From NCBI GenBank assembly GCA_963787445.1, contig CAWBCT010000005.1:288001-352000 (forward strand): DNA of 64,000 bases. The letters are read 5' to 3'. The notes beneath the pieces are model-generated. The model was not told where the DNA came from, ran no database searches, and worked only from the letters and a program-made list of their open reading frames with translations. Origin of the DNA: an uncultured archaeon. GTDB lineage: Archaea; Micrarchaeota; Micrarchaeia; Micrarchaeales; CABMGC01. Shown here in pieces: positions 27,054 through 35,917 of this stretch. Both the position numbers and the translations under genes were made by a program. How positions within the stretch are numbered: the stretch's first letter is position 1; each line of letters opens with the position of its first letter.

Positions 27054-27791
27054 ATGGAGGTCGTTACGAGAAGTGCTGCAACCCCTAAAAAGGTGTTTGG
27101 CGGGGTAGCCAGGCCGGGGATAGTGCCCAGAGATCCTGAAACAACCGTGGAGATAAGAGAGCATGACGTTCAGGAGCTAAGCGATAGGTTTCTAAGCTGG
27201 CGAAGAAGGGCAGGCATGAATGGCGTAGAAAAAAGCGCGCAACAAAAGCCAGCGCAAAGACCCGCACCCACATTCGAGAAACCGAGCCACTCTGAACTTT
27301 CGCCCAGGTTATTCTTTAGCGAGTTAAGGCCTTTGCCGGCGCCTGTCAGGCCCGCAACGCCGGAACCTTTACCCGTAAATACAATTCAGCCGGAGCCATG
27401 GAGAAAGAGAAAGATTATGCCTTCGGATAGACAGTATATCAAGGCACACAAAAATCCAGTTAGGCTTTCGCTCACCCAAGCGGGCAGGCTGCTGAACGTA
27501 AGCGAGACCACAGTATTTTTAAACTGGAAACGGCTTGGGCTTGCGCCGCACGGGCTGCTGCACCGGAAGGACGGCAAGAGCTGGCCTTCTGAACAGGAGT
27601 TCAGGCAGGCGAAGGAGGACGGACTCACCCAGAAAGAGGCGGCCATAAGGCTCGGCGTCAGCGCCGCGAAGGTGGGGGTTGTTTGGAGAGGCCCTAGGCT
27701 GAGTCCCAACTCCAGGAAAATCATGGCGGAAGAAAATAGGTGGTTGGCGCAGAAAAGTCTGGAGGGAGAAAGCTACCGAGCCCATGGCTAA
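27054..27791 (+). CDS. Orphan protein: Pro-rich N-half plus two putative HTH motifs
   Basis: LSLTQAGRLLNVSETTV, LTQKEAAIRLGVSAAKV. Confidence 0.6.
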   Translation: MEVVTRSAATPKKVFGGVARPGIVPRDPETTVEIREHDVQELSDRFLSWRRRAGMNGVEKSAQQKPAQRPAPTFEKPSHSELSPRLFFSELRPLPAPVRPATPEPLPVNTIQPEPWRKRKIMPSDRQYIKAHKNPVRLSLTQAGRLLNVSETTVFLNWKRLGLAPHGLLHRKDGKSWPSEQEFRQAKEDGLTQKEAAIRLGVSAAKVGVVWRGPRLSPNSRKIMAEENRWLAQKSLEGESYRAHG

Positions 27792-27880
27792 AAGACCGGA
27801 CGGGTTACCTGGTTTGGGCGGGCTTCAGTATGATTTATATAGCTTGGTTTTCAATTATAACTGGCTAATATTAAGGTATT

Positions 27881-29839
27881 GTGATGGATGAAATAAATTC
27901 TAAGATTGGGGAAATCACGACTAATGGGATGACACAGAACGTAGTCATCGGGACGAAGGCGCCCACGAGAGAAGACATGCTGCTTGCTCCCTATCGCAGG
28001 ACCATAGAGGAGGTCTCTAAGATGCCTGTGCTGGAGCGCACAAAAACAGTTTGTCCGGAGTGCAAGCTCATAGTCGACGGTACTATTTACAAGGACGGCG
28101 ACAACGTGATGATCAGGAAGCAGTGCCCTGACCACGGATGGTCGATGGAGAAGTACTGGGAAGATTACGAGATGTACATGCGCATGAAGAACTACAACTA
28201 CTTCGGCCGCGGATTCGACAACCCGAATTATATTAACAAGGGAGAGAACTGCCCGTTCGACTGCGGAATATGCGAACGACACAAGTCGCACACAGGACTT
28301 GCAAACGTAGTCATAACAAACCGATGCCACTTAAGCTGCTGGTACTGCTTCTTCTACGCGAAGGAAGGCGAACCGATCTACGAGCCCACCCGTGCGGAGC
28401 TCAACAAGATCTTCGTTGAGTTGAAGAGCCAGAAACCTATCCCTGCAAACGCTCTCCAGATAACAGGAGGGGAGCCGCTTATGCGCAGCGACATAATTGA
28501 GATAGTCGGCATGGCTAAGAAGGCCGGTTTCGACCAGATACAGATGAACACAACCGGCATTATAATGGCCCAGAACCCAGAGCTTGCAGTCAAGCTAAGG
28601 CACGCTGGAGTCAGCACGCTTTACATGAGCTTCGACGGAGTGAGCAAGAGGGCAAATCCGAAGAACCACTGGGAAGCCCCTGCCACGTTCGATGCGGCAC
28701 GCAAGGCCGGAATCGGAGTCGTTCTAGTGCCCACAGTGATCAGGACGATAAACGACCACGAGCTTGCAGACATCATCAACTTTGCACTGAACAACAACGA
28801 CGTCGTAAAGGCGGTCAACTTCCAGCCTGTCTCGCTGGTGGGCAGAATGCCCACAAGGCAGAGAGAAAGGCAGAGAATCACGATACCTGGCGCAATTAAG
28901 CAGATAGAGGAACAGACGGGCGGCGTGATAACCAAGGACGACTGGTTCTCAGTGCCCTACGTCGGCGGAATCAACAAGTTCATCGAGGCTTTGACGGGAG
29001 AGTACAAGTACGACCTCTCGATACACTTCGCCTGCGGCGCAGGAAGCTACATCTTCCAGGACAAGAACAACAAGATAGTCCCGTTGACGAGATTCGTCGA
29101 TGCGGCTGGCCTGTTGGAGCACCTGCAGGAGGCGGTCAACGAGATGGGCGGAAAGTCCAAGTTCCAGCGCAGGCTGATCGCGCTGCGTGCGGTCACAGGA
29201 TTGCGCAAGTTCATAGACAAGGAGAAGCAGCCTGAGGGAGTGAACTTCAGCAAGCTGCTCATGTCCGTCATCTTCAAGCACGACTTCCAGACCATGGGAG
29301 CGTTCCAGCTGAAGAGCATGTTCCTTGGCATGATGCACTTCCAGGACGAGTACACCTACGACATCAAGCGCGTAGAAAAGTGCGACATTCACTATGCGAT
29401 GCCTGATGGACGAGTACTTCCGTTCTGCACGTTCAACGTCTTTCCGGAGGTCTACAGGGACAAAATCCAGAAGCAGTACAGCATCCCTTCAAACGAGTGG
29501 GAGAGCATGCACAACGACTGGACCTACCGAAGCGACAAGTACATGCGCAACGTGAAGGAACTGGAAGCCAGCGAACCTTACCAGCGCACCTACGTAAAGT
29601 CAACAGACTACTTCAAGCTGCCGGTGAATGTGGCAGAAGCGGCCTCGATCCGCGCGGCAAAGGCTGCGAGAACCGGAGTCGTTTCAGCGCCTACCGTACA
29701 GAACCTAGTTGCGGCTGCTGCAGCGCCCAAGCACTCCCATGGGGAGTCGGGCGAGGGCTGCGCATGCGGCAAGGGCGCGGGCTCTGAAGCAGGATGCGGC
29801 GGCAGCGGAGGCTGTGGCTGCGGAACAGGCGGAGTATAA
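27881..29839 (+). CDS. tes: Radical SAM protein of the tetraether synthase (Tes/GDGT-MAS, MJ0619) family
   Basis: CPEC...CPDH rubredoxin-like site, CPFDCGICERH, CHLSCWYC, NFQPVS, HFACG, MHFQD, CDIHY, PFC. Confidence 0.82.
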   Translation: MMDEINSKIGEITTNGMTQNVVIGTKAPTREDMLLAPYRRTIEEVSKMPVLERTKTVCPECKLIVDGTIYKDGDNVMIRKQCPDHGWSMEKYWEDYEMYMRMKNYNYFGRGFDNPNYINKGENCPFDCGICERHKSHTGLANVVITNRCHLSCWYCFFYAKEGEPIYEPTRAELNKIFVELKSQKPIPANALQITGGEPLMRSDIIEIVGMAKKAGFDQIQMNTTGIIMAQNPELAVKLRHAGVSTLYMSFDGVSKRANPKNHWEAPATFDAARKAGIGVVLVPTVIRTINDHELADIINFALNNNDVVKAVNFQPVSLVGRMPTRQRERQRITIPGAIKQIEEQTGGVITKDDWFSVPYVGGINKFIEALTGEYKYDLSIHFACGAGSYIFQDKNNKIVPLTRFVDAAGLLEHLQEAVNEMGGKSKFQRRLIALRAVTGLRKFIDKEKQPEGVNFSKLLMSVIFKHDFQTMGAFQLKSMFLGMMHFQDEYTYDIKRVEKCDIHYAMPDGRVLPFCTFNVFPEVYRDKIQKQYSIPSNEWESMHNDWTYRSDKYMRNVKELEASEPYQRTYVKSTDYFKLPVNVAEAASIRAAKAARTGVVSAPTVQNLVAAAAAPKHSHGESGEGCACGKGAGSEAGCGGSGGCGCGTGGV

Positions 29840-29883
29840 GTATTAAATACTCCGTGCTACCAAGCACTAATTAGGTAAAGCGC

Positions 29884-30591
29884 ATGGACCATAGAGAGAA
29901 TCAGGACCAAAATACTTACCAGAAGGAGCTTGAGCAGAGCAAGAAGGAGGACCCGAACAAGTATGACGACAAGGTCATGATTGACGGCCATCCGTTCCGA
30001 ATTCCCTACAAGATAATAAAGGAGGCCGTCTGGTCAGGCGTGAGCAAGGATGAGATGGTCAGCATGGAACATGCGGCCAGGATCCAGTACCGGTTGATGC
30101 TCCTCGAGCCCATAATCAGGGCCAAGATAGAGTTCATGAAGCAGAAGGTAACGATAATCTACAACCCCGACACTGCGGTGAATAGAAAAGAGAAGATCAG
30201 CATGGAGGAGCTGGTGAAGTTCATGGCGACAGAGGGGGTGAAGCTTGACCCGAACAAGGCCGAGATGCGCGACTTTGATTATGTTAACGAGATGTACAAG
30301 TACCAGTTCGACCCTCCGACAGTAAGGGAGAGACCGCCCTACGGCTATACCATGGAGGAGTGGAAGAAGATGAAGGGAGAGTACACCACCAAGATAAACG
30401 AGTCCAAGGTGGCGAGCGAGAGCAAGTTCAAGGGCTGGCAGGACAGCTATGCGGGCCAGCACCCGGAGGTCTTTGGCCAGAGTGTTGTTGCTGCGGCACC
30501 AGCAAAGAAGCCAACGCTGATGCAGAAACTTTTTGGCAAGAAAGATGGGAAGAAGAAAGACGAGAAGCAGTTTTGGTTCCACGGAGTCTAG
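29884..30591 (+). CDS. Hypothetical protein with possible HMA/ferredoxin-like core
   Basis: Host-like codon usage; AARIQYRL...IIRAKIEF...VTIIYNP...ISMEELVKF. Confidence 0.65.
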   Translation: MDHRENQDQNTYQKELEQSKKEDPNKYDDKVMIDGHPFRIPYKIIKEAVWSGVSKDEMVSMEHAARIQYRLMLLEPIIRAKIEFMKQKVTIIYNPDTAVNRKEKISMEELVKFMATEGVKLDPNKAEMRDFDYVNEMYKYQFDPPTVRERPPYGYTMEEWKKMKGEYTTKINESKVASESKFKGWQDSYAGQHPEVFGQSVVAAAPAKKPTLMQKLFGKKDGKKKDEKQFWFHGV

Positions 30592-30624
30592 AATAGTTAA
30601 TTTAGTAATCTCTAGACGGCCTTA

Positions 30625-31038
30625 TCAGTTACCTAATAGTTTTGATAAATAACTTGTCTTAAATGTTTTAAGTTGAACTTTGTTGTCATAATCAAGATCA
30701 TTTGTCCAGATGCCATCGCAATTCAATGCGAGATAACAAGCAACATAGGGAACATCGGTTAAGTCGTTTCCCATTATTTCTTTGGCCTCTTCAATCTTGG
30801 CCTTGTAATCACTTAACTGTATTGTGCGGATTCTTTTTGACAGCAATATTATTAATAGGTCCAATTCTGTAACTGAGATTTTTGCTTTCTTAGCTATGTA
30901 GTTTTTATGTTTATCCAGTTCGTCGCGTATATAATCTGGTGAAATTAAAGTAAATTTGCCGCTAGTAATTATTTCCCTAGCTTTGCTATCTTTAATCAGC
31001 GCTGCAATTATACTATTTGCGTCTACAACAAGGATCAT
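30625..31038 (-). CDS. PIN-domain (VapC-like) toxin
   Basis: LVVDANSII, DLTDVPYVA, IWTNDLD. Confidence 0.87.
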   Translation of the reverse strand: MILVVDANSIIAALIKDSKAREIITSGKFTLISPDYIRDELDKHKNYIAKKAKISVTELDLLIILLSKRIRTIQLSDYKAKIEEAKEIMGNDLTDVPYVACYLALNCDGIWTNDLDYDNKVQLKTFKTSYLSKLLGN

Positions 31039-31259
31039 AGTAACCCGTGTCGTTTGGCTATGCCTTCTTTTATTCTTCTACCAATTTCTAGGGCATCTTT
31101 TTCTGTTAATTTACTCTTTGAAAGTATTTCGTCCATAAGTTTTAGTTCTCCGGCCTTCTCTATCATCGCCTGCCTTGCGACTTCACTCCATTTTATTTCT
31201 TTGTGTTTTTTCATCACAGCAGTTAGCTCTGTGGGTATTGCTAAGGTCATATTTGTCAT
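31035..31259 (-). CDS. RHH-type antitoxin
   Basis: MTNMTLAIP...KEIKWSEVARQA; 4-bp overlap with the PIN gene. Confidence 0.82.
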   Translation of the reverse strand: MTNMTLAIPTELTAVMKKHKEIKWSEVARQAMIEKAGELKLMDEILSKSKLTEKDALEIGRRIKEGIAKRHGLL

Positions 31260-31389
31260 ATCATCACTAGTGAATGTAATACGTAGAATAAGTATAAATA
31301 CTTATCTATGTGGGTCTATTGTTTCGGAGCAGGGACGACATATTTATTAAATCATCGTGAGAAGAGAGTACGTTACACAAGGCGTCAGA

Positions 31390-31911
31390 ATGAACGTAGC
31401 AGTACTCCTAACCCCTAAGGACTTCCGCGACGAGACCATGGCAAAGGCCATGGAGCTCATGCAGAAGTGGGACATAGGGATCTTCGTAGCGGGCTACAAC
31501 AAAGACGAGTGCGTCGGCTACCATGGCGCAGTCTACACCCCGAAGATTCTCGCTTCAGAGATAACCACGGACAACTTCGACGCAATGTTCATACCGGATG
31601 GGGCAGGGATAGAGACATTCAAGCTGTACGACCAGCGTGCTCTGCTGGACATCGTAAGGCACTTCAAGGAGAAGGGGAAGGTGCTCGCCTGCGTGAACAA
31701 CGCGATAAAGGTACTCGCACGGGCGAACGTCATAACGAACACCAAGATTGCCTGCGTGAAGGATGCAGAGACGGCGAGGCTGGTCCAGCTCTTCCACGGA
31801 AAGATAACGGCAAGCCCCGTCGAGTCGGACGGCAACATACTTACCTCGGCGAACAGCGAGAACACCTACGAGCTGATCGACCTTCTTCTGGACAAGCTCG
31901 GCGCAAGATAA
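31390..31911 (+). CDS. DJ-1/PfpI family protein
   Basis: DFRDET, FDAMFIPDGAG, VESDGNILT. Confidence 0.8.
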   Translation: MNVAVLLTPKDFRDETMAKAMELMQKWDIGIFVAGYNKDECVGYHGAVYTPKILASEITTDNFDAMFIPDGAGIETFKLYDQRALLDIVRHFKEKGKVLACVNNAIKVLARANVITNTKIACVKDAETARLVQLFHGKITASPVESDGNILTSANSENTYELIDLLLDKLGAR

Positions 31912-31945
31912 GGTTATTAAGTCTGCGTGGGGCAAATACTACTGC

Positions 31946-32058
31946 GCCGGGATGGCAGAATCCGGTATCGCGCCAGTAACATTTTGGCGAAACTCGAGAT
32001 CTGGTGGCCTTCGGGCCTTTTGGGTTCAAAATAACCGATGAAAATCCCAATCCCGGCG
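31946..32058 (+). tRNA. tRNA-Ser(CGA) with two non-canonical introns (30/31: 31977-31991, 15 nt; 59/60: 32031-32044, 14 nt)
   Basis: Spliced: GCCGGGA...CCAGA CTCGAGA TCTGG, long variable arm GGCC TTCG GGCC, TTGGG TTCAAAT CCCAA TCCCGGC G; BHB-type motifs at both junctions. Confidence 0.9.
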
Positions 32059-32059
32059 T

Positions 32060-32701
32060 TTACTTTTTGTTAGAATAGAGCTTCCAGTGCCCTTCTGAGA
32101 CTATTTTTACTTTTCCGTCAATAACCAAGACGGCGGTGTTGTCGTCTACAGCGTAGGTGTCTTCCGGAAGTCTTTTCGCAATACCGTGAAGAGTCTTCTC
32201 TGTAAGCACTTTGAAGTATGGAGAGTCAAGATGCGGCCTGAAATTGAACGGAACATATCCGAGACCAGCGGGTCTTGGCCCTTTCTGACCACCGTAGAAG
32301 GTTTCAAAAGAGCCAAGGAGCTTCTTGCTCGCTATCACGCTGCCGGCGCTCATTCCAATATACACCCTGCTCTTCAGCAGTTTGGGGAGTTCTTTCTCTA
32401 AGCCCGATTTAGTGATGCAACGCATCATATAAAGAGGGTCTCCGCCTCCGAATGCGATTACGTTTGCTGCCCTAAGCCTAGGGAGCCAGGACTTCTTATC
32501 CATCGCAGAGATATCGACTATGTCGACAGAACCCAACTCTAGAAAATCGTTAAAGCTCTTGATCATCCAGCTCTTGTCCCCGGGCTCCAAGTTTGCTGCT
32601 GTGGGAATGAAGGCCGTACTTATCTTACCGCCGGCTAGCTTTTTGAGTGTTTTAACTATGGTGGCATTCCTGAGTCCGGCGGATGTTAAAAGCAATTTCA
32701 C
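32060..32701 (-). CDS. Peptidase S51 (dipeptidase E) family
   Basis: MKLLLTSAG, FIPTAA, GGGD, GMSAG, RPH. Confidence 0.9.
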   Translation of the reverse strand: MKLLLTSAGLRNATIVKTLKKLAGGKISTAFIPTAANLEPGDKSWMIKSFNDFLELGSVDIVDISAMDKKSWLPRLRAANVIAFGGGDPLYMMRCITKSGLEKELPKLLKSRVYIGMSAGSVIASKKLLGSFETFYGGQKGPRPAGLGYVPFNFRPHLDSPYFKVLTEKTLHGIAKRLPEDTYAVDDNTAVLVIDGKVKIVSEGHWKLYSNKK

Positions 32702-32713
32702 TATGGCACCCGC

Positions 32714-33772
32714 TTACACAAACAACTTTTCAATCTCCTTGCGCTCGCTGCTGAACTTGCTTGCGATAGGGTCGACAAGCTTGACCAGGCTCTCCGCAAC
32801 CGCATTCTTTAGGTCAACAGGATGCAATTTCTTCTCGGTGAATGCGCTTTCCAGTTCAGCATAGGAGGTGTACTCGGCATCGCCGCCGTACTTGCTGGGG
32901 CGCTCGATCTTAAGTACTGAGAAATGTGGAAATATTATGTACTTGCATACGCCCAGAATGGAGTTCTCATGCGCCATGCCCTCTGGACACCAGCCCCCCT
33001 TCACAATTTTTCTTATCTCTTCGTTGTTTGCAAGTATGGAGATCGTTGAGTTGGGCTTTGACTTGCTCATTTTCATGGCTACGACCAGTTCCTCCTTCTC
33101 TGCGTTTGCTTCGGTCTTGGGCGGCTCATTTAATGATTGGAGCAGATGTGTGTGGAGCAGCGCCAGCGGCCTCTTGTTTCCGAGCTCCTTGAAGGCCTCC
33201 CGCGCAAGCATGTGAACCTTGCGCTGATCCATCCCCGCCTGGGCTATGTCCGCCTCAAAGGCATGTATGTCTACAACCTGCATTAGCGGGTATAGGTACT
33301 GTGAAACATGAAGTGTGTCTTTCTCGCTCCTGCCCTGAATAATTAGGGTGCGTGTCGCTCGCGCCATCGTGGTTTTCGTTGCGACCTTCATGACCTCGGT
33401 CCAGTACTTGTCATTGTTGTGGTAAAGGTCTGAGCCTAGCACAATGTTTGTCGAAGGGCATGCGATTGAGAATAGGCGCCTGTAGAACTCTGCTGCTTTT
33501 TTTATTCGCTCCCAGTCCCCACCTAGCTTCTGATTTGCCATTGTATGCCAGTCCGCAAGCAGTATCTGGGTTTCAACGCCGGCCTTGGCAAGGTCATTAA
33601 CCTTCTTTCCCGCAACCAGAATGTGACCTATGTGGGGTATCCCGCTTATCTCAAAGCCGATGTAATGCTTTGGCTTCTTGTTAGTCTCAAAAACAGTGCG
33701 CAAATCATCCTCAGTTATGACCTCCTCCGTCGGCTCTGAGTGCACAATTGATAGCTTGGTCTCTACATCCAT
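32714..33772 (-). CDS. tyrS: Tyrosine--tRNA ligase (archaeal type)
   Basis: YIGFEISG, HIGH, YPLMQVVD, GMDQRK, KMSKS, LHPVDLK. Confidence 0.96.
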   Translation of the reverse strand: MDVETKLSIVHSEPTEEVITEDDLRTVFETNKKPKHYIGFEISGIPHIGHILVAGKKVNDLAKAGVETQILLADWHTMANQKLGGDWERIKKAAEFYRRLFSIACPSTNIVLGSDLYHNNDKYWTEVMKVATKTTMARATRTLIIQGRSEKDTLHVSQYLYPLMQVVDIHAFEADIAQAGMDQRKVHMLAREAFKELGNKRPLALLHTHLLQSLNEPPKTEANAEKEELVVAMKMSKSKPNSTISILANNEEIRKIVKGGWCPEGMAHENSILGVCKYIIFPHFSVLKIERPSKYGGDAEYTSYAELESAFTEKKLHPVDLKNAVAESLVKLVDPIASKFSSERKEIEKLFV

Positions 33773-33907
33773 CGCATCGCAATAGGAGATTTGCTAAAAG
33801 ATTTAATAAGTCTTGTGTGACAAAGTCCATTCTTGATTTTGAAGGGGAAAAATGGTAATAATAGTAAGATTTATATACCTACTTTACGTAGTATTATTGG
33901 TAGTTTC

Positions 33908-34132
33908 ATGGAAACAGTTACGATATCGGTAAAAATAACAACAGGTCAGAGGGCTAAAATGAGGCAATTAGGTATTAAACCGACTGAGGTGTTAAAGACG
34001 GCGGTGGACAAAGAAATTAGAAGGCGTGAGATAGAGAGAGCAGTGAAGAGGGCCAGCAAATTGATGAAAGATATAGATTTACCGATTGACAGAGTTGTCG
34101 CAAGTATAAGAGAGGACAGGGATTCTAGATGA
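33908..34132 (+). CDS. VapB-like antitoxin
   Basis: METVTISVKI...SIREDRDSR; ATGA overlap with the PIN gene. Confidence 0.8.
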   Translation: METVTISVKITTGQRAKMRQLGIKPTEVLKTAVDKEIRRREIERAVKRASKLMKDIDLPIDRVVASIREDRDSR

Positions 34133-34515
34133 CATTCGTGTTTGACGCATCGGCCATATATGCGATAATCGAAAGCGAGGACGCTGACCTATTGTATAGG
34201 GGCATAACAATAGGTTTGGCATCTTATGAGATAGGGAACACCCTCTGGAAGGAACACACCATTCATAAAAATAAATCTTATTCTAAAATAATGGAACTCC
34301 TTGCCGCCATAAACGAAGTAATAGAAAATATGGAACTCTACAATTCCAAAGAGACTCAGAAAGAGACACTCGATATAGCAGCGAAACTTCACATTTCATA
34401 CTACGATGCATCATATGTGGTTGCGGCCAAAAATACAGGCGGCGTACTCATAAGCAAAGACAAAAAACTCATAGCAAAAGTTGGAGAAGTTGTTGATGCG
34501 AAGGAGTCGGTCTGA
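34129..34515 (+). CDS. VapC-like PIN toxin
   Basis: FVFDASAI, YEIGNTLW, ISYYDASY, LISKD. Confidence 0.9.
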   Translation: MTFVFDASAIYAIIESEDADLLYRGITIGLASYEIGNTLWKEHTIHKNKSYSKIMELLAAINEVIENMELYNSKETQKETLDIAAKLHISYYDASYVVAAKNTGGVLISKDKKLIAKVGEVVDAKESV

Positions 34516-34563
34516 CGGGAAACGTTTTTATGTTTTTGTGGGTATCTATAAGTAGGCGACATT

Positions 34564-35655
34564 ATGGCAGATGCAGTTAAGGATATCATGAGTTCACCGG
34601 ATGACGAGGAACTTTTGAAGTTTATTGAGTCAGCTAAGCCGAAGATCTACGTTGTGGGTGCAGGCGGCAGCGGCTCGAACACGATTACACGCATGTCAGA
34701 GGCAAACATAGACGGGGTTCACCTCATCGCGATGAATACAGACGCCTCTCACCTGGCGAAGACGCGTTCGCATAGAAAAGTGCTACTGGGCAAGAAGGTT
34801 TCAAGGGGTCTCGGTGCAGGCAGCGACCCGAAGCTCGGAGAGGAGTCGGCGATGGAGAGCAAGGAGGAGATAAGGCACCTGCTCGGCGATGCCCAGCTCG
34901 TTTTCGTGACGTGCGGCCTTGGAGGCGGCACGGGCACAGGCTCTGCCCCGATAATAGCCCACGAGGCGAAGGAGGCGGGCGCGCTTACAGTGGGAATAGT
35001 CACCCTGCCCTTCTCAAGCGAGGGGAAGGCGCGCATGAGGAGCGCGCTGGAGGGCCTTTCACGGCTTAAGAGGGTTACCGATACAACGATAATAATACCG
35101 AACGACAAGCTTCTCTCGGTTGCGCCGGACCTGCCATTGAACATGGCCTTCAAGATAAGCGATGAGGTTCTCGCAAACGCAACCAAGGGGATCATAGAGA
35201 TGGTGACGAAGCCGGGCATGGTAAACCTTGACTTCGCGGACCTGAGGAGCGTGCTCAAGGACTCCGGCTATGCGGTGATAGGCATAGGCGAGGCCAACTC
35301 GACCCAGTCAACGGACAGGGCGACGATCGCCATAAGCAACACGCTCAGCAGCCCGCTTCTCGATGTGGACCTGTCAAAGGCCAAGAAGGCGCTGGTCAAC
35401 ATAGTCGGAGGGGACGACCTCACGCTGCGCGAGGCCGAAAAGATCTTCCAGGAGGTCGCGGGCCGCATAAGCGAGGACGCGATGATGAAGTGGGGCGCCA
35501 GGATAGACAACTCCATGCAGAAGAGCGCGGTCAAGATCATGGTCGTGATGGGGGGCGTGGAGTTCGCCGACTACTCGGACACGGGCATCAGGCAGAAGCT
35601 GGAGCAGTCCAAGAACTTCGACCTCGACAAGATCTTCGACGATGAGGGCAATTAG
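34564..35655 (+). CDS. ftsZ: Cell division protein FtsZ
   Basis: GLGGGTGTG, NLDFAD, IPNDKL. Confidence 0.97.
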   Translation: MADAVKDIMSSPDDEELLKFIESAKPKIYVVGAGGSGSNTITRMSEANIDGVHLIAMNTDASHLAKTRSHRKVLLGKKVSRGLGAGSDPKLGEESAMESKEEIRHLLGDAQLVFVTCGLGGGTGTGSAPIIAHEAKEAGALTVGIVTLPFSSEGKARMRSALEGLSRLKRVTDTTIIIPNDKLLSVAPDLPLNMAFKISDEVLANATKGIIEMVTKPGMVNLDFADLRSVLKDSGYAVIGIGEANSTQSTDRATIAISNTLSSPLLDVDLSKAKKALVNIVGGDDLTLREAEKIFQEVAGRISEDAMMKWGARIDNSMQKSAVKIMVVMGGVEFADYSDTGIRQKLEQSKNFDLDKIFDDEGN

Positions 35656-35706
35656 CCTTCAGCAAAGTTTATAAGACAAGAATAGCAATACTATAGAGGT
35701 AGTTAA

Positions 35707-35892
35707 ATGCAGTTTAACCCTGTAAAGAGCCTACGGTCGTTCTACTCAAACTCGTTGCACATACTGAGCGTAAGCTACAGGCCTGACGTCAAGACCTTTA
35801 CCAGGACTGTGAAGGTGGTGCTGCTTGGAACCCTGCTGCTGGGAGTGCTCGGATTTATTATTTCCCTTATTATTTCATTCGTAGCCGGCTGA
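35707..35892 (+). CDS. secE: Protein translocase subunit SecE/Sec61-gamma
   Basis: HILSVSYRP...LLGVLGFII; conserved position after ftsZ. Confidence 0.85.
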   Translation: MQFNPVKSLRSFYSNSLHILSVSYRPDVKTFTRTVKVVLLGTLLLGVLGFIISLIISFVAG

Positions 35893-35917
35893 TGCCTGGC
35901 TTAAAACAGCGGAGCAC

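Noticed and set aside
31288-31305. Palindrome ATAAGTAT-AA-ATACTTAT upstream of the antitoxin as a specific operator
   Set aside because: It coincides with the TATA box of a divergent promoter, and a similar AGTATT-A-AATACT occurs near 29839; it cannot be distinguished from ordinary promoter symmetry.
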